DNA of 64,000 nt. Origin: a virus. The translations under genes were made by a program, and so were the position numbers. The notes beneath the pieces were generated by a model, which was given only the letters and a program-made list of their open reading frames with translations, did no database searches and was not told the DNA's origin. This document shows, one piece after another, positions 59,995 through 64,000 of the stretch; positions within the stretch are counted from its first letter, which is position 1; each line of letters opens with the position of its first letter. The stretch spans positions 16,331-80,330 of the IMG/VR virus record IMGVR_UViG_3300025695_000006; one strand, given 5' to 3'.

Positions 59995-60044
59995 TTAGGG
60001 TTTGCATTAAGTTGTATCAGATACTAATTAAACTTATTGAAAAT

Positions 60045-60080
60045 AAAAAAGCCAGAGGTAGCGAACTTCTGGCTTTTTTT
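60045..60080. terminator. Bidirectional intrinsic terminator
   Basis: A6-GCCAGA-ggtagcgaact-TCTGGC-T7. Confidence 0.8.
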
Positions 60081-60158
60081 GTTACCGAAACGGTAACGGT
60101 CCTAAAACACCGCCTAAAGCGGAATATCATATACTAATCTTTAAAATTTAAAATCTAC
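60045..60158 (-). ncRNA. Candidate ~110-nt structured non-coding RNA
   Basis: Minus-strand TATTTATA at 60169-60162 with no ORF downstream; three GC-rich hairpins, ending in a terminator. Confidence 0.5.
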
Positions 60159-60253
60159 ACCTATAAATAGGTGATTTATTTGGTTAATCACTTTTATTTC
60201 ACTATTATTATATAGTAACAACAATAAACTTTTGATTAAAATGGTTAGAAAGA

Positions 60254-60706
60254 ATGCAAAGCAAATTTGGGAAAGAAAAAAAATTATTCACAAACGAAAA
60301 ATTTAGAGTTAAATACGGTACTATAGACGCCGTAAAATTAAACGCGATATACATAAATATCGATTCATGGGTAAAACCTGGTGAAATAGATAACTACGAA
60401 TCTTACATAAGATTTATACGTAAAGGAGTTATCTTAAAAATAAAAGAAGATTTAAATACCGAAGTGTTATCTAAAAACATAATAGTTGATTTAGATCTTA
60501 GAGCCTCAGGTATGAGTAAGGGTAAAAAAAGTTTCATGTCAATCGAAATAACTATATACCCAATAATAAAAACAGAATTTAATTCTGACATCATAAAACA
60601 AAATGTTAGTGCTATAGTTAGCAACGCCATAGAGTCATTAGAACTTAATGAATTAACATTTTATTCCAAAAAGAAAGAAAGTAAGGTACTGGAAAACACT
60701 CTATAA
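60254..60706 (+). CDS. Hypothetical protein
   Basis: 150-aa ORF (YGTID..IVDLDLRASG..KKSFM..EIT). Confidence 0.75.
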   Translation: MQSKFGKEKKLFTNEKFRVKYGTIDAVKLNAIYINIDSWVKPGEIDNYESYIRFIRKGVILKIKEDLNTEVLSKNIIVDLDLRASGMSKGKKSFMSIEITIYPIIKTEFNSDIIKQNVSAIVSNAIESLELNELTFYSKKKESKVLENTL

Positions 60707-60812
60707 ATTAACAAAAAAGATAGGGTGTGAGTGAAGGTATGTACACATCATACAGTTTAGAAAAGTATTTGCACCATTTCTCTTATATTTATAAGATATA
60801 AATCCTATAGAA

Positions 60813-61532
60813 ATGAGTTTAAAAATTTTAAAAGAAAACGAAGAAGGTTTCGGTATACTAGTAGAAGGAGATGCTGGTTACGTATCAGATGGAATACACG
60901 GAGATATAATCAATGAAGAAGCCAATAGAGGTGAATTAGATTTAACCCAACCAATATACTACTATGCAACCTTACAAAAATACGGTACGGAAAACAGAAA
61001 CGGTAGGGTATACCCAGAAGCTATATTAAAGAGAGAGGTTGAGAAGTATAGAGAGGTTATAAAAAGGAATTCTAGTTTTCACGAACTAGATCACCCACAA
61101 GAATCTGTTATATCATTAAAAGGTGGTTCACCACACAGGATAGTCGATATGTTCTGGAGAGATAATGTTTTAATTGGTAAATTAGAGATATTAGTATCTG
61201 AAGGTTTTAGAAAAAGTGGTATCATTTCGTGCAACGGAGACTTAACAGCCATGTACCTTTCTTACGGTATGACTTTAGGTATATCATCTAGAGGTGTAGG
61301 TAGTCTGAAAAAGGTTAATGGTAAAAACGTTGTCCAAGACGATTTCGAATTAATTTGCTGGGATGTAGTATCCTCACCATCAACACCAGGTTCATATCTA
61401 TACAAAGACCAAAACGAATTTAAAAAATACGACGAAGTGTTAGACGATGATTCTAGTATTAGTGAAAACAAAACCGAAGTAGATAAAGAAAACTCGTTCA
61501 TAAATAATTTGAACAAATTTTTAGGAATGTAA
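60813..61532 (+). CDS. Prohead core protease (T4 gp21-like)
   Basis: NRNGRVYP, ELDHP, LGISSRGVGSL and WDVVSSPSTPG motifs. Confidence 0.95.
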   Translation: MSLKILKENEEGFGILVEGDAGYVSDGIHGDIINEEANRGELDLTQPIYYYATLQKYGTENRNGRVYPEAILKREVEKYREVIKRNSSFHELDHPQESVISLKGGSPHRIVDMFWRDNVLIGKLEILVSEGFRKSGIISCNGDLTAMYLSYGMTLGISSRGVGSLKKVNGKNVVQDDFELICWDVVSSPSTPGSYLYKDQNEFKKYDEVLDDDSSISENKTEVDKENSFINNLNKFLGM

Positions 61533-61583
61533 CTTTATTTTGTGATAATATATCTTATCATTACGATATAAAAAAACATTAAG

Positions 61584-61823
61584 ATGAAAACATATTATTG
61601 GTACACAGTAACTATTCAGTTAATCGTTGAGGACGAACAAACTGGTAAAATTAAAAAAGTTAAAGAAAATTATCTAGCTAAAGCTATTTCAGTTACAGAC
61701 GCTGAAGCCACAGTCATTAAAGATCTAGAAGGTTACTCGGGAGAGTATAGGATATTAAAAATTGACGAATCTAGGTTAGTGAAGGTTATCATACCAGAGG
61801 GTGTTGAAGTAAACGCCCAGTAA
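61584..61823 (+). CDS. DUF4494-like protein (Bacteroidota family)
   Basis: W...I..EDE.TGK.KKV.E.YL..A.S.TDAEA pattern. Confidence 0.7.
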   Translation: MKTYYWYTVTIQLIVEDEQTGKIKKVKENYLAKAISVTDAEATVIKDLEGYSGEYRILKIDESRLVKVIIPEGVEVNAQ

Positions 61824-61841
61824 CAAGGTATTAAAATAAGT

Positions 61842-61875
61842 AAACCCGCCGTTGATAAAATGGTGGGTTTTTTTT
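61842..61875 (+). terminator. Intrinsic terminator
   Basis: AAACCCGCCG-loop-TGGTGGGTTT plus T-tract. Confidence 0.7.
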
Positions 61876-61976
61876 GTAAAAATACACCACTTATATACGT
61901 TTTGTGTTTTTTACGATTTTTTATAGTATTTATAACTAAGATAATACATCATAAGAATATTCAATTATTTAAAGAT

Positions 61977-63224
61977 ATGAGCAAAACAAATATTTTAGAG
62001 GAAACTCTTGCAGAAATTCAGGAACTTAGAAAAGCTGTTTCTGAAAATGCTAATCACGCATTAAAGAGTACACTCAAAGAAGAGTTAGAAGAAATTGTTA
62101 AAAATAACTTAGAAGAAGTTATTGTTAGCGAAGAATTATCAGATGACATGCCAGGTTCTGATTTACCTGGTGATTTAGATAAAGCTGAAGAAGAAGAGGT
62201 CTTAGCGATCGAACCAGAAGATGAAGAATCTGAAGAGGAAAAACCAGAAGGTGAAGAACCAGAAGGTGAAGAATCTGAAGAAGAAGAGTCTGAAGAAGTG
62301 ATCGACCTAACTGATGAATCTGACGAAGATGTTATTAAACACTTCGAACTGATGAATCCAGCTGATGAAATCGAGATCATCCAAACACCTGAAGGTGGTG
62401 TTCAAATAAACATTAACCCAGAAGAAGGTGCTGAAGAAGAGAGTGAAGAAGCTCTAGAAACTTCAGAAGAAGAACCTACTAATGATACGGTTATGTTTGA
62501 ACCAGAAGAGTTAGAGGAATCTAACGAAGTTTCTGAAGAACCTGAAGTTAATATGGAAGAAGAAAAAATCGAAGAAGAAGAACCTGTACACGAAATCGAA
62601 ATTTCTGAGGAGGACATTGCTAGTTTGGCTGAAATCAATTCTAACGAAGAGGAAGAAAAAACTCATGAAGAAGAAGTTGTGGCTGAAGAAGAAGTGGCTG
62701 AAGAAGAAATAGTAGAAAAAGAGGTCATGGTTGATACTAAAGAACAAGAGTTACGCGAAAGCTTGGTTATTATGAGAAAAAAATACCAAGAAGTTGTGTC
62801 TGAAAATAATAAAAAGACTGAGGAATTGGTTGGATTTAAAAATTTAACGGAAGAATTTAAAGGTTCTGAAGCTGAATACAAATCTGCCATCAAAAACCTT
62901 AAGTCGCAGTTACAAGAAGTTGCTTTGTTTTCATCAAACTTAACTTACGCAATCAAACTTATTACTGAGAACTCTACAACTAAGGACGAGAAGTTAGAAA
63001 TCTTAAACAGATTTGATAACGCCGAAAACTTAAATGAATCTAGAGAGATCTTTAATAGTATGCAAAGTCAGTTCAGTTCTAACAAAATAGCAACTAAACA
63101 AATGGTAGAAGAAAAAATTATGGAGACTCCTAAGTCTAGCGGTTCATCAAAACTAAACGAATCAACAGCTTATCAGAACCCACAATTATCAAGAATTCTT
63201 GATATCATTGGTAAAATTAAATAA
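61977..63224 (+). CDS. Prohead scaffolding protein (T4 gp22-like)
   Basis: Very Glu-rich with a C-terminal coiled coil, between protease and capsid genes. Real start is the ATG at 61977 (MSKTNILEE) after TATTTATA at 61927-34; the track's longer N-terminus overlaps a terminator. Confidence 0.85.
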   Translation: MSKTNILEETLAEIQELRKAVSENANHALKSTLKEELEEIVKNNLEEVIVSEELSDDMPGSDLPGDLDKAEEEEVLAIEPEDEESEEEKPEGEEPEGEESEEEESEEVIDLTDESDEDVIKHFELMNPADEIEIIQTPEGGVQININPEEGAEEESEEALETSEEEPTNDTVMFEPEELEESNEVSEEPEVNMEEEKIEEEEPVHEIEISEEDIASLAEINSNEEEEKTHEEEVVAEEEVAEEEIVEKEVMVDTKEQELRESLVIMRKKYQEVVSENNKKTEELVGFKNLTEEFKGSEAEYKSAIKNLKSQLQEVALFSSNLTYAIKLITENSTTKDEKLEILNRFDNAENLNESREIFNSMQSQFSSNKIATKQMVEEKIMETPKSSGSSKLNESTAYQNPQLSRILDIIGKIK

Positions 63225-63249
63225 AATTAAAACTTAAAAAAAAACTAAA

Positions 63250-64000
63250 ATGGGAGCATTTATTAGAATCAGGAAAAGTTGGTAACGTAAACCTTAATCA
63301 CTTAAAAGAGGTACGTACTGACGTAATTAACAGATGGGACGGACTTGGACTATTAGAAGGTCTAGGAGGTCACAAAAAAGAGAATATAGCACAATTATTC
63401 GAAAACCAAGCATCTTACATGCTTAATGAATCAGTTGCATTAGGTAACGAAGGTTCTTTCGAAACAGTGGTATTTCCAATCGTGAGAAGAGTATTCTCAA
63501 AATTATTAGCTAACGAAATCGTTTCGGTACAAGCATTGAACTTACCAATTGGTAAATTGTTTTACTTTATTCCTAAATTGGAGAACTCTGCATTTTTGGG
63601 TGCTTCTGCTGGTATCAATCCAGAAGGAACTAACGTTAGTCCTAACCTATACGACTCTTTCTACGGAGAAGATGGTCTTTATGACGAATCTAAAGGTAAA
63701 GAAATAGCGTTATCAGGAACAGCTACAACTGCAAACTTGTTTGCGTTTGACTCAGCTGCTGATAGTGGGTATGTAACTAAAGCAGGAACTGATATTGCAG
63801 TTGAATCAACAGAAATTATCAAAGTGAACTTTAGTTCATCGATAACTAACTGGGAAAACGCTGACGAAGTATTGTCTACATTGGCAATAACATCAGCTAC
63901 TTCAGGTGCTGATTTCGATTTCTATTTACCAGCACAAAAGTATGGTAGAGCAGTAATGGAAGCTAATGGTGATGTTTATGTTGCTGTTGTTAACAATAGT
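63250..64000 (+). CDS. Major capsid protein (T4 gp23-like), 3'-truncated by window; 1-nt frameshift after codon 3
   Basis: Frame from 63260 reads LLESGKVGN..RWDGLGLLEGL..AQLFENQ..FPIVRRVFSKLLANEIVSVQALNLPIGKLFY; the ATG at 63250 is in a different frame that stops at 63283-85. Confidence 0.9.

Noticed and set aside
60051-60073. tRNA, suggested by the GTTCG loop on the minus strand
   Set aside because: No cloverleaf, acceptor stem or anticodon arm can be built; kept only as part of the ncRNA candidate.
63200-63260. Scaffold-capsid fusion by -1 frameshift to explain the capsid frame problem
   Set aside because: The capsid frame has a stop at 63218-20, leaving no usable slippery overlap; a single extra T after the ATG is simpler.
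1-64000. Stop-codon reassignment (seen in some large Bacteroidota phages)
   Set aside because: Conserved genes are full length in code 11, and TAG/TGA end genes cleanly next to the following start (e.g. 36003, 47501, 49411).

Overview
AT-rich, gene-dense 64-kb segment of a large T4-like myophage (jumbo-type), most likely infecting a Bacteroidota host. Host evidence: TTG-N19/20-TAnnTTTG promoters, A-rich leaders without Shine-Dalgarno sequences, a DUF4494-like gene and an Omp28-like lipoprotein. The left ~21 kb (minus strand) is a tail/neck module: a >2519-aa baseplate-hub-like protein with ten 58/60-aa repeats and an OmpA-like domain (missing from the ORF track because it runs off the window), two tandem tape-measure paralogs, a chaperone pair with a probable frameshift, tube, sheath, terminator and neck genes. 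The plus strand carries a SNF2 helicase, a neck protein, a family-B DNA polymerase with an unexpected ~125-aa macrodomain-like insertion in its exonuclease domain, a WYL protein, a holin and a ~12-kb glycosylation island. The island includes an apparently self-contained nonulosonic (sialic) acid pathway (NeuB, HAD phosphatase, NeuA) with two GT29 sialyltransferase-like genes. It is followed by a gp55-like late sigma factor, baseplate spike, terminase, portal, prohead protease, scaffold and the 5' end of the major capsid gene, which has a 1-nt frameshift just after its ATG. Best leads: (1) phage-encoded sialylation machinery plus a recurring [S/T]-G-x-T motif in virion proteins as a candidate acceptor sequon; (2) the macro-like insert in the polymerase; (3) a structured ~110-nt non-coding RNA with its own late promoter and terminator in the head module; (4) a TATTTATA late-promoter consensus, the reverse complement of the T4 one. 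All family assignments are from motif recognition by eye; no searches were run.
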